Shown in pieces: positions 50,301-57,680 of a stretch of 64,000 nt of DNA. The notes under the pieces are model-generated. The model saw nothing but the letters and a program-made list of their open reading frames with translations. It searched no databases and was not told the origin of the DNA. The translations under genes were made by a program, and so were the position numbers. Position 1 is the first letter of the stretch. Each line of letters starts with the position of its first letter. This stretch comes from Sedimentisphaerales bacterium (lineage in GTDB: Bacteria; Planctomycetota; Phycisphaerae; Sedimentisphaerales; SM23-30). The stretch covers positions 64,001-128,000 of the forward strand of contig CAXXFK010000021.1 of NCBI GenBank assembly GCA_963663965.2. Reading direction: 5' to 3'.

Positions 50301-50779
50301 TCGATCTGGCCAGAGGAAAATTCCGACAGATCGATGGTATCCTGCCCGGCGCCTCCCTCGATGGTGATCGTATCGCCATCTTGCGCCCCTGTGATATAAA
50401 ATAAGTCATCCTGCTCCCCGCCATCCAGATAATCATTGCCGCCGCCACTGATCAGAATATCGTTATGGAGACCGCCGTAAAGGGCATCATCCCCGATGCC
50501 GCCGTTTAGAATATCGTCCTGATGTTCACCGTAAAGGATATCGTTGCCATCGCCGCCGTTGAGTATATCGGCCCCCATATCGCCAAACAGGATATCGTCG
50601 CCTCCCAGCGCGTCGACCAGATCATTATCATGCCCGCCATAAAACAGTTCACTTCCATCGGTGGGGCCATTAATCGCTTCCCCGGTGTCGGCATCCACCC
50701 AGGTGGCGGACAGCATGATACGAGGCTCAAGAGCGGTTACTTGAATACGTTTTTGATTATCGGATGCTTTATCTTTCAT
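44090..50779 (-). CDS. N-terminal part of the giant adhesin: LEPRIMLSA motif, RTX-like Ca-binding nonapeptides, ~94-aa cadherin-like (tandem-95/Ig-like) repeats
   Basis: GGxGxDxL repeats; recurring VNDAPVA..D...VLAND.DVDGD.L...HG.V....DGTFTYTP...Y.G.D.F.YTV.DG.GG. Confidence 0.85.
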   Translation of the reverse strand: MKDKASDNQKRIQVTALEPRIMLSATWVDADTGEAINGPTDGSELFYGGHDNDLVDALGGDDILFGDMGADILNGGDGNDILYGEHQDDILNGGIGDDALYGGLHNDILISGGGNDYLDGGEQDDLFYITGAQDGDTITIEGGAGQDTIDLSEFSSGQIDDTGSVLTVALGEGRSVRIEYSGIETILTGDHNADPVSLDDHFNVTEDTVSVHLNVLANDTDADGDSLTITDYTQPDHGDLACHEDGTFTYTPAADYHGDDAFSYTVSDGNGGTHSATVNLTVTPVNDAPVAQADQVATDEDTVVTVNVLANDVDVDGDVLTVTDYGQAAHGEVVYNQDGTFTYTPAADYHGDDAFSYTVSDGNGGTHSTTVNLTVNSVNDAPVAQGDQATTNEDTAIVTVNVLANDTDIEGDTLTVIDYGQAGHGEVVYNQDGTFTYTPAADYHGDDAFTYTVSDGNGGIHSATVNLTVTPVNDAPVAQADQVATDEDTVVTVNVLANDVDVDGDVLTVTDYGQAAHGEVVYNQDGTFTYTPAADYHGDDAFSYTVSDGNGGTHTATVNLTVNSVNDAPVAQTVNGTTLEDTPLMTTNVLNRATDVDNDSLSIADFAQPAHGQVVYHGDGTFTYTPDSNYHGSDSFTYTVSDSAGGTSVATYHLSVTSVNDNPVLSADHYVTQEDEALVTGNVLANDTEVDGDDMMIHGISNPEHGTVFYQGNGIITYTPDPDYCGTDSFTYTVIDRVGGESTTTVTIEVTPVNDAPSSHYDQVTTDEDTPVVTGSVLENDSDIDGDVLTVVAYGQGSHGSVSYNDDGTFLYTPENNFYGTDSFTYTVSDGQGGTDTATVVVSVRSVNDAPVAGDSIYTTNEDTPFSTGNVLENDVDADGDQLVLVGHSEAGHGVVRYEGNGVFRYSPTADYNGIDSFTYTIIDGNGAEHTGTVLVNVAAVNDAPEAFDDTVILHEDSGPVDTQLFTNDVDVDGDLLSLVDFDQPEHGTLVHLGDGTFRYTPDSNFYGTDSFSYTITDGSGGSSSATVTYQVLSVNDAPVAGADRYDVNEDGSVTTGFVMANDTDVEENLLGITDFTLPSHGQLINNNDGTFTYTPDSDYNGIDHFTYTITDGHGATATATVTLTVHGVNDAPVAGDNTLTTNQNETVISTSVLANDTDIDNDALAVADYAQGAHGTVSYQGDGIFTYTPDGDYTGTDSFTYTISDGQGGSDTATVRITVLPVNHDPNAVNDHTVTDNDTAVTIDVLGNDSDSDGDSLTITGYTVPGHGQVTSGENGALIYTPDADFVGTDQFTYTVSDGRGGSDTATITIEVAPGNHAPNASANYYSLDEDAQVTTGNVLANDSDADGDVLTIIGFTQPEHGTLVYHDNGTFTYTPDENYYGSDQATYTVSDGQGGVDTAALHFQIAGIEDGVIANDDTLEIDEDHIGVTTTVMSNDIDIEGNRTLVVHDYSQGEHGTVSYNDDGTFTYIPDDNFHGTDSFTYMIYDGYGHHDTATVTVTVHGVNDAPDTEADSYVTREDVPLTTGNVLSNDSDVDGDALTLIDYSQPEHGAVVYHQDGTFTYTPDADYSGSDSFTYTVADPGGATHSETVSLKILSVNDAPVPVSDNYVINEDTVLLSGDVRTNDLDVDSDPLFIYDFTQPEHGTVRYKGDGVFEFTPDADYNGADSFTYQVIDGQGGSSIGTVNIQLTPVNDAPVPESDHYSTNEDTAITTGNVLANDTDIDGDQLVIGQYTQPAHGTVTYNQDGTFTYTPDENYNGSDSFAYSVVDAEGVSVETTVQLTVRPVNDAPVGQNNSYNLDEDTPLTTGNVLADDTDVDGNPLSIPWYTQPEHGTLVYHQDGTFTYTPDANYHGSDAFTYTVIDGQGGSDTVTVQLNIASINDTPVAINNYYNAWEDTPYTTGNVLSNDSDVDGDALTITDFTQPAHGRVEYNGNGTFSYTPDPDYHGYDYITYTVADPSGAVKNATIRINVREINDAPVAAGETMTLTEDTTVQTLNVLGNDRDVDGDDLSVVDYTQPEHGTITYQNDGTFEYRPDDDYYGNDAFVYTISDGRGGTATATFELTVTPVNDAPRLGSDHFTTDEDTSVTTINVLANDGDVEGDDITFTDYTQPAHGQVVYHGDGSFTYTPEADYHGNDAFTYTVSDGNGATTTGTVRLTVQSVNDAPVAAGDTQATAEDTAVILNVLANDSDVDHDSLSVVDFTQPEHGSVVLNPDGSFHLYARRELSR
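49064..50035. repeat. Near-identical intragenic tandem duplication (49064-49474 vs 49625-50035)
   Basis: About 410 bp almost identical at a 561-bp offset, equal to two protein repeat modules. Confidence 0.85.
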
Positions 50780-51109
50780 GATCCTCAATGATTCCCTTAG
50801 TGTTATAAGTTTTCTATTAACTAGATAAGGTAAAAACCATTAAAAAGTAAAATATACCCCAACTTTTTCCAAACTTATCCTATGATTAATTTGACTTTTT
50901 GGTTTGAAAACCTTTTCATTTTGAGGTATAGTACGGTTGTATCGATTTGAACACCTCCAGACACAGCTGAATTTCCCAATACCAGGTCCCTGTTCGAGTC
51001 TAATGATACGGCTTACAATTGAAAATGCCTCTGGGCTGCCCAATACAGAATGCGTACTGTCTATGCGGCCTTCTCTCAATTCAATCACCCTCATTTCCAA
51101 ACCCGCCCA

Positions 51110-51138
51110 TTGACAAAAAGTTAGACGCGTCGTACAAT
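51110..51138 (+). promoter_or_regulatory. Near-consensus sigma70 promoter with an internal palindrome (possible auto-operator)
   Basis: TTGACA-N17-TACAAT; the spacer contains TTAGACGCGTC with a GACGCGTC dyad. Confidence 0.75.
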
Positions 51139-51172
51139 ATCCGCTTGTCAATCACCCCACCAACCCAAAACC

Positions 51173-52495
51173 ATGAACAACAACAAACTCAGTTCCAGCC
51201 TCGAAGACTACCTTGAAACCATCTACCGGCTCTGCCAGGATGATGACACCGCCAACGCCAACCAGATCGCCCAGACCCTCAATGTCAGCAAAAGCTCCGT
51301 CACCTGGGCCCTCAACCAGCTCTCCGAAAAAGGCCACATCCAGTACACACCATACGAACCCATCCGCCTCACCGATGCCGGCCGTCAGGAAGCCCGCCGC
51401 CTGCTCAACCGCCACCTGCTCATCAAAGACTTTCTCCAGCGCATCCTCGGCATCGATGAAAATCTCGCCGAAGAAAACGCCTGCAAAATGGAACATGTCA
51501 TGGACCGCGATGTCCTGGAACGCATGGGCCGCTTCTCCCAATTCATCGACGCCTGCCCCCGCGCCGGCCAGGAATGGCTCAACAGTTTCCGTTTCCAGTG
51601 CGAAGAAGGCCGCCTCCCCGAAAAATGCCCCGAATGCATCCGGCAGATCAATATCAATCAGCCACCAACTGTCTCAGATAACAATGAGACATCCACCCTG
51701 CCAGAACCACTCCCCAAACAAACCAAAGACCGCGATCACCTCCTGATCGACCGCCTCAAAGTCATCCTCGCCGATCAGGGCGAACCACTCACCGATCAGC
51801 AAATAATAATAGCAGAATCATTTATGAATGATGAGCGCCACCTCACCCTCGACGAACTCCTCCAGAAAACTCACCTGTTCGATAGCACCATCACCCCCAA
51901 CGATATCCAGACCGTTCTCGATCTGCTCTGCGAATACCGCCTCGCCCGGGAAGCCCGTTTCGGCGACCAGATTATCTACGAACATTTCCATCCCGAATCC
52001 CACCACGACCACTTTTACTGCCTCCAGTGCGGCGCTATCGAAGAGTTTTTCGATCCCCGCATCGAATCACTCCAAAACGAAAACGCCCGCAACAGCTCAT
52101 TCCGACCCCTGCAACATACCCTCAACATCATGGGCGTCTGCTCTCAGTGCCTCCAGCTCGAATCTCAGAGCCGCACCCTCGCCCAGTGCCGCCAGGGCGA
52201 ACGGGTTCGCATCGCCCGCCTGCTCGGCGACCGCGCCACCCAAGGCCAACTGGTCGCCATGGGACTCAACCGCGGCGCCCAGATCGAAATTCTCAACGAC
52301 AACTGCGTCAACGGCGGTATGATCCTGCTGGTCCACGGCACCCGCCTGATGCTCGACAAGTCCATGATCCAGCAAATACGCATCCGGGCCGCCCGCCCCG
52401 GCGATCCCATACTCTCCGGCGGCCCCTCCCTGCGCCGCCGCCATCGCCACCAGGCCGACCGCCCCGGCCATTGCGACGAAGGCTTCCACTGGTAA
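51173..52495 (+). CDS. Metal-dependent regulator: DtxR/MntR + Fur-like + FeoA fusion
   Basis: EDYLETIY..IAQTLNVSKSSVT..RH..ACKMEH (DtxR); HHDHFYCLQCG..EEF..GVCSQC (Fur); L..MGL.RG..IE (FeoA). Confidence 0.88.
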   Translation: MNNNKLSSSLEDYLETIYRLCQDDDTANANQIAQTLNVSKSSVTWALNQLSEKGHIQYTPYEPIRLTDAGRQEARRLLNRHLLIKDFLQRILGIDENLAEENACKMEHVMDRDVLERMGRFSQFIDACPRAGQEWLNSFRFQCEEGRLPEKCPECIRQININQPPTVSDNNETSTLPEPLPKQTKDRDHLLIDRLKVILADQGEPLTDQQIIIAESFMNDERHLTLDELLQKTHLFDSTITPNDIQTVLDLLCEYRLAREARFGDQIIYEHFHPESHHDHFYCLQCGAIEEFFDPRIESLQNENARNSSFRPLQHTLNIMGVCSQCLQLESQSRTLAQCRQGERVRIARLLGDRATQGQLVAMGLNRGAQIEILNDNCVNGGMILLVHGTRLMLDKSMIQQIRIRAARPGDPILSGGPSLRRRHRHQADRPGHCDEGFHW

Positions 52496-52562
52496 TCCAA
52501 CCTCAGCCCACTCTTGCCATTTCCCGCAAATATCGGTATAGTATCTTCGATAGGAGTTTCCC

Positions 52563-53876
52563 ATGACTATTTTAAATATCGTTAATACCCGTCAAACCAG
52601 CTTTAATCAGATCTGGACCGACCTTGTCCAGAAGCTCAATCTCGAAGGCGAACTGATCCATAACACCCAGCGCCGCGACCAGGTCCGCGCCATCGTCAAC
52701 GAAGTTTGTCAGCGTGGCGACCAGGCCGTCGCCGAGTTCACGGCCCGTTTCGACCAGGTCACCCTCACCCCCGATCAGTTCAAAATCCCTGCCGAAACCA
52801 TGCAACAGGCCCACAACCAGATGGACCCAACCCTTATGGCCGCCCTCCGCCAGAGCATCGACAACGTCCGCCACTACCAGGAAACCATCATGGTCCGTCA
52901 GCCTGCCGACTGGCAGCGCAACGGAGTTCGTCTCGGCGTCCGCTACCGCCCGCTCAACCGGATTGGTGTTTGCGTACCCGGCGCCTCGGCCCCGCTCGTC
53001 TCCACAGTTATCATGACCGTCGTGCCCGCCCAGGTCGCCGGTGTCCGGGATATCGCCGTTATCAGCTCACCCAGCTTCAATGGCTCCATCCACCCCGCCG
53101 TTATGGCTGTCTGCCACGAACTCGGCGTCAACGACGTCTACCGCATCAGCGGCGCCCAGGCCGTCGCCGCCCTCGCCTTCGGCACCGATACTATCAAACG
53201 CGTCGATAAAATCGTCGGGCCCAGCAACTGGTGGGGCCAGCTCGCCAAAAAAGAGGTCTTCGGCCTGGTCGATATCGACAGCTTCGCCGGCCCCAGTGAG
53301 GTCCTCATCATCGCCGACGACTCCGCCAATCCCGCCTGGATCGCCGCCGACATGCTCAGCCAGGCCGAACATGCGCCCGGCAGCGCCGTACTGCTCACCG
53401 ACAGTGATACCCTCGCTACCCAGGTCGCCGAAGAAGTCGACCAACAACTCGCCCAACTGTCCCGCGGTTCCGATACCGAACAATACATCCGCGACTATTC
53501 CCTGGCCGTCGTCACCGCCTCCCTTGATCAGGCCATCGAACTGGCCAACGCCTTCGCCGTGGAACATCTTCAGATCCAGTGCCGCAACAGCGATACCATC
53601 GCTGAACAGGTCGCCAATGCCGGAGCCACTTTCATCGGCCACCACTGCCCCGTCGCCACCGGCGACTACTTCGCCGGCCCATCCCACACCCTGCCCACCG
53701 GCGGCTCGGCCCGGTTCTTCAGCGCCCTCAACGTCAATGACTTCATCAAACAGACCAGTATCATCGCCTATAACGCCGACAACCTTAAAGCCGCCGCACC
53801 CCAGATCGTCCGCATCGCCGACGAAGAAGGCCTCACCGCCCACGCCCGCTCCATAACGATCCGTACCGAACAATAA
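52563..53876 (+). CDS. hisD: Histidinol dehydrogenase
   Basis: GAQAVAALAFGT, VDKIVGP, AGPSEV, DMLSQAEH, EHL, GDY.AGPSHTLPT, E.L.AHA.S. Confidence 0.97.
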   Translation: MTILNIVNTRQTSFNQIWTDLVQKLNLEGELIHNTQRRDQVRAIVNEVCQRGDQAVAEFTARFDQVTLTPDQFKIPAETMQQAHNQMDPTLMAALRQSIDNVRHYQETIMVRQPADWQRNGVRLGVRYRPLNRIGVCVPGASAPLVSTVIMTVVPAQVAGVRDIAVISSPSFNGSIHPAVMAVCHELGVNDVYRISGAQAVAALAFGTDTIKRVDKIVGPSNWWGQLAKKEVFGLVDIDSFAGPSEVLIIADDSANPAWIAADMLSQAEHAPGSAVLLTDSDTLATQVAEEVDQQLAQLSRGSDTEQYIRDYSLAVVTASLDQAIELANAFAVEHLQIQCRNSDTIAEQVANAGATFIGHHCPVATGDYFAGPSHTLPTGGSARFFSALNVNDFIKQTSIIAYNADNLKAAAPQIVRIADEEGLTAHARSITIRTEQ

Positions 53877-53967
53877 AACTATGTATTTCCTTCTTTAAAC
53901 TTTCTCACTGTGCTTACTACCGTAAATTACCACCATGCCAATATAAACTATCAACCAGGCCCCTGGC

Positions 53968-54068
53968 CTTCGTGTAGCGCCGCAGGCGCTCTTCGTGAAG
54001 CCGCAGGCGCTTCGTGGTTCAATCGGCTGTTTTTTTGCCTTTTTGCCTTTCGCCTTCGTGGCTTCGTG
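53968..54068. repeat. Cluster of short CTTCGTG repeats and GCCGCAGGC mini-hairpins (REP-like)
   Basis: CTTCGTG five times (53968, 53991, 54010, 54054, 54062); GCCGCAGGCGCT twice (53979, 54000). Confidence 0.7.
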
Positions 54069-54114
54069 TGAACTTTTTTTAATTAACGTTACAACCCAAT
54101 AACCCGGTACCATT

Positions 54115-55161
54115 ATGACCCAGCGATTCCGCGACAATATCGAAAACATGGCCGGCTACACCCCCGGGTTCCAGCCCGACGATCCCGCCGCCATCAAAAT
54201 CAATACCAACGAAAATCCCTACCCGCCCTCACCGCGCGTCTTCGATGCCCTGCGCAACCTGACCGCCCTGGACCTCTGCCGCTACCCCAGCAGTATGTGG
54301 AAAACCTTTCGCGCTACCGCCGCCCGGATCTATCACGTCAGCCCGGACATGATCGCCTGCGGTAACGGCGGCGATGAACTGCTCGCTTATCTGGTACGCT
54401 GCTGCTGCGATACCAACCGTCCGCTGGCCTATCCCGTGCCCACCTACACACTATATCCAACCCTGGCCGAAATCCAGAACTGCCCCACCATCGAAATCCC
54501 CTTCAATCCCGATTTCTCCATTCCAGAGGCCCTGGCCCACACCAACGCACCGCTCACCATCCTCTGCAATCCCAACGCCCCCACCGCCACCTTCGTCCCG
54601 CCGGCCGAAATCGAAAAACTGGCCCGTCAGCTCAGCGGCATCCTCCTGGTCGATGAAGCCTACGTCGATTTCGCCGAAGACAACTGCCTCGACCTGGCCC
54701 GCCGGCTCGACAACGTCGTCCTGCTCCGCAGCATGAGCAAAAGCTATTCGCTCGCCGGCCTTCGTTTCGGCTACCTGATCGGCGCCCCCGCCATCATCGA
54801 AGCCGTTGTCAAAATCAAAGACTCCTACAACGTCAACGCCGCCACCCAGGCCGCCGCCGTCGCCGCTCTCTCCGATCAGGACTACTTCTACACCACCGTC
54901 GCCCGGATCAAACAACAACGACGGCGACTCACCATCGCACTCCGCCAACTCGGCTTCACCGTCGGCGACAGCCACACCAACTTCCTGCTGGCCACCGTCC
55001 CGCCTCAGACCCAGGCCCGGACCATCCACCAGCAGTTGGCCCAATACAATATCTTTATTCGATTTTTCAACCAACCCGGCCTGCTCGACAAACTGCGCAT
55101 CTCCATCGGCTCCGCCGAACAGATGGATGCCCTCATCCAGGCCCTCACCGAAATCGTTTAG
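54115..55161 (+). CDS. hisC: Histidinol-phosphate aminotransferase
   Basis: KINTNENPYPPS, GNGGDE, NPNAPT, VDEAYVDF, RSMSKSYSLAGLRFG; his-operon context. Confidence 0.95.
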   Translation: MTQRFRDNIENMAGYTPGFQPDDPAAIKINTNENPYPPSPRVFDALRNLTALDLCRYPSSMWKTFRATAARIYHVSPDMIACGNGGDELLAYLVRCCCDTNRPLAYPVPTYTLYPTLAEIQNCPTIEIPFNPDFSIPEALAHTNAPLTILCNPNAPTATFVPPAEIEKLARQLSGILLVDEAYVDFAEDNCLDLARRLDNVVLLRSMSKSYSLAGLRFGYLIGAPAIIEAVVKIKDSYNVNAATQAAAVAALSDQDYFYTTVARIKQQRRRLTIALRQLGFTVGDSHTNFLLATVPPQTQARTIHQQLAQYNIFIRFFNQPGLLDKLRISIGSAEQMDALIQALTEIV

Positions 55162-55268
55162 ACGTACGGAGTACACGCTTCAGCGTGTTTTTAAAATAAT
55201 TATCGCGCAGCGATACCTTAAAAATTCCCGCAGGATCGAAAAACAGCGCAGCTAAAGGACCTCCATAA

Positions 55269-55856
55269 ATGACACAACGCACCAGTACCATCGAACGCAC
55301 CACCAAAGAAACCTCGATCCGCCTCACCCTCAATCTGGACGGCGGCGATTACCAGATCGAAACGGGTGTCGGTTTCTTCGACCACATGCTCACCCACATC
55401 GCCAAACACGGCCGCTTCGGCCTGACCGTCGCCGCCCAGGGTGACCTGCACGTCGATGACCATCACACCGTCGAAGACGTCGCCATCTGCCTCGGCCAGG
55501 CCTTCGATCAGGCCCTCGGCGACAAAAAAGGCATCGTTCGCTTCGGTTCCGCCACCGTCCCCATGGAAGACGCCCAGGCCCAGGTCGCCGTCGATCTGTG
55601 CGGCCGCCCCTGCTGCCTGTTCAACGTCCGCTTCACCTCCGGCAAGATCGGCCAGTTCGACGTCGAACTCGTCGAAGAGTTCATGCGCGCCTTCTCCAAC
55701 AACATCCGCATGAACCTGCACATCAACGTCCCCTACGGCGCCAACAACCACCACATCGCCGAAGCCATCTTCAAGGCCCTCGGCCGCGCCCTGGCCGACG
55801 CCGTTCGCGTCGATCCCAACCGCAACGACATCCCTAGCACCAAAGGAGTCCTCTAA
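55269..55856 (+). CDS. hisB: Imidazoleglycerol-phosphate dehydratase (monofunctional)
   Basis: R.TKET.I, TGVGFFDHML, DDHHTVED, N.HH..EA.FKA, PSTKG.L. Confidence 0.98.
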   Translation: MTQRTSTIERTTKETSIRLTLNLDGGDYQIETGVGFFDHMLTHIAKHGRFGLTVAAQGDLHVDDHHTVEDVAICLGQAFDQALGDKKGIVRFGSATVPMEDAQAQVAVDLCGRPCCLFNVRFTSGKIGQFDVELVEEFMRAFSNNIRMNLHINVPYGANNHHIAEAIFKALGRALADAVRVDPNRNDIPSTKGVL

Positions 55857-55858
55857 CC

Positions 55859-56551
55859 GTGCCGGCCGCGCCCCTGGACCACACCCTCAGCGCCCTCATC
55901 TTCGATATGGATGACACGCTCTATCCCGAAGTCGACTATATCGTCAGCGGCTACCGGCTCATCGCCCGCCAACTGGCCCGGCCCGAAGTTGACGCCGACC
56001 AGCTCTACGACGCCCTCTGGGACACCTTCCTCAACGGCCCGCGCGACCGTGTCTTCAATATCGTCCTCGACCAGCTCGGTATCGGCGCCAACCCCCAGCT
56101 CATCGCCGAACTCGTCCAGAAATACCGCTGCCATCGCCCCGAAATCCAGCTCACCGACGACACCCGCCAACTGCTGATCGACCTGCGCCGCCGCTTCCGG
56201 CTCGGCGTCATCACCGACGGCTACCTGCCCGCCCAGAAACTCAAGGCCCAGGCCCTCGAACTGCCCGCCCTCGTCGATCACATCATCTACACCGAAGAGC
56301 TCGGCCGCGACTGCTGGAAACCCAGCCCCCGCCCCTTCCAACTCATGAGCCAGACCCTCGGCTGCCCCCCGCAGCAATGCGCCTACATCGCCGACAACCC
56401 CGCCAAAGACTTCCTCGCCCCCAACCAGCTCGGCTGGCTCACCATCCGCCTCCGCAACGACACCCAGGTCCACACCACCAACCCCGCCCCCCCCGGCGGC
56501 AACCCAAAAATCACCATCGCCGATCTAAATGAATTGAGAACAATGCTGTAA
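55859..56551 (+). CDS. HAD-superfamily hydrolase
   Basis: IFDMDDTLY (motif I), ITDG (II), KPSP (III), ADNPAKD (IV). Confidence 0.9.
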   Translation: MPAAPLDHTLSALIFDMDDTLYPEVDYIVSGYRLIARQLARPEVDADQLYDALWDTFLNGPRDRVFNIVLDQLGIGANPQLIAELVQKYRCHRPEIQLTDDTRQLLIDLRRRFRLGVITDGYLPAQKLKAQALELPALVDHIIYTEELGRDCWKPSPRPFQLMSQTLGCPPQQCAYIADNPAKDFLAPNQLGWLTIRLRNDTQVHTTNPAPPGGNPKITIADLNELRTML

Positions 56552-56555
56552 TCCA

Positions 56556-57680
56556 TTAATTCAGAAAACTACAAATAACCGGATACACCTTAGGCAACTG
56601 ATTTTCAATATTTACTCTCTGCCTAAACATGTCATAGGTATTTCGAATTTTATTTACAATTCTTGGATCATGCAAATCCAGACGATTTAAAGCTTCTCTT
56701 AATTTACTTAAAACAGAATCCATTCCGTATTGTTTGGCAAACGATACGGCTTTTCTTGACAATTCCTCGCCAATTAGAGCTTGAAGCATTTTTATTTCAT
56801 GCTCTTCTATGACTTCGTCATCCAAAATCAAGGCTACTCCTAACCACATTACGGCCATTTCAAAATAGTTTTTTTCCATTTCTGAAAGTTTGCCATCACC
56901 CAACTCGTTAAGTCTTTCTAAAATCATATGATCGACTTCATTAAGCGATATACCCGCTATACCCTGATTAGTAAGTCTGGCATATATCGCTGTATTAGAA
57001 AATTGAATTAAGGCCCATAGTCGTAGCGGTAGACTCGGATGAAGTTGATAAAGTTCCCATTCTTGAGAAGCCCCTTTATCCTTACGATCGAGTTGTTCAA
57101 GAAAACCTTGAATATCGGGCACAATATGCTCAGAAGATAAACCAGAGGCCATCTTTATCTTGACATTTGCGGCAATTACCAAACTTCGGGTAGCTATCAA
57201 ACCTATACGATCTGCTGATATTTCTGAGGCTCTCGAAATAGAAAGATATCTAAGCTTCTCTAATTCGTTTTTATAGTGATTCTCGCCAGACACACCAGGA
57301 TGACCCAAGCCTAGATGTCCCAGCTCATGACCAATAACAAATTGTAGTTCCAATGGTTTCAAAAGATTGACTAATCCACTGGTCAACACAATCAACGGAC
57401 GCTCCTTGATTCCAAAAATCGGGGCAAAAGCATTGGGTGTAGAATCTGGAATAACATACGCCTCCGGTTCCTCCAATAATTGCAGCTGTTGATAAGTGGC
57501 CTTTAGTATGTCATGTAATTTTGGGGTTAACCGACCTGTGACTCGAACTCCTTTTGCCCTCATTTGTGAACCGAATTCTGCCAGCCTTGCCATTGACTCA
57601 GGCTTCTCATTACATCGGTATATATCATCGCTAAATCGAACGGATTCACAGAGCTTAATAAAACTTTCTTTTTCAGACAT
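56556..57680 (-). CDS. Soluble M48-family zinc metallopeptidase with TerB-like C-terminal segment
   Basis: PNAFA, IVLTSGL, VIGHELGH (HExxH), SRASEISADR, HPSLPLR; tail ALILDDEVIEEHE; no signal peptide or TM segment seen. Confidence 0.85.
   Translation of the reverse strand: MSEKESFIKLCESVRFSDDIYRCNEKPESMARLAEFGSQMRAKGVRVTGRLTPKLHDILKATYQQLQLLEEPEAYVIPDSTPNAFAPIFGIKERPLIVLTSGLVNLLKPLELQFVIGHELGHLGLGHPGVSGENHYKNELEKLRYLSISRASEISADRIGLIATRSLVIAANVKIKMASGLSSEHIVPDIQGFLEQLDRKDKGASQEWELYQLHPSLPLRLWALIQFSNTAIYARLTNQGIAGISLNEVDHMILERLNELGDGKLSEMEKNYFEMAVMWLGVALILDDEVIEEHEIKMLQALIGEELSRKAVSFAKQYGMDSVLSKLREALNRLDLHDPRIVNKIRNTYDMFRQRVNIENQLPKVYPVICSFLN

Larger units (their letters stand above)
41206..50779 (-). 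pseudogene. Giant (~3190 aa) LEPRxLL/RTX/cadherin-like tandem-repeat surface protein, split by a +1 frameshift (or sequencing error) at ~44123-44127
   Basis: Removing one base joins the two ORFs and restores the repeat consensus PDG[ST]FTYTPDANYHGNDSFAY. Confidence 0.8.

Noticed and set aside
53968..54068. CRISPR array
   Set aside because: Repeats are only 7-12 bp with irregular spacing, there are no spacer-sized unique segments, and no cas genes are present.
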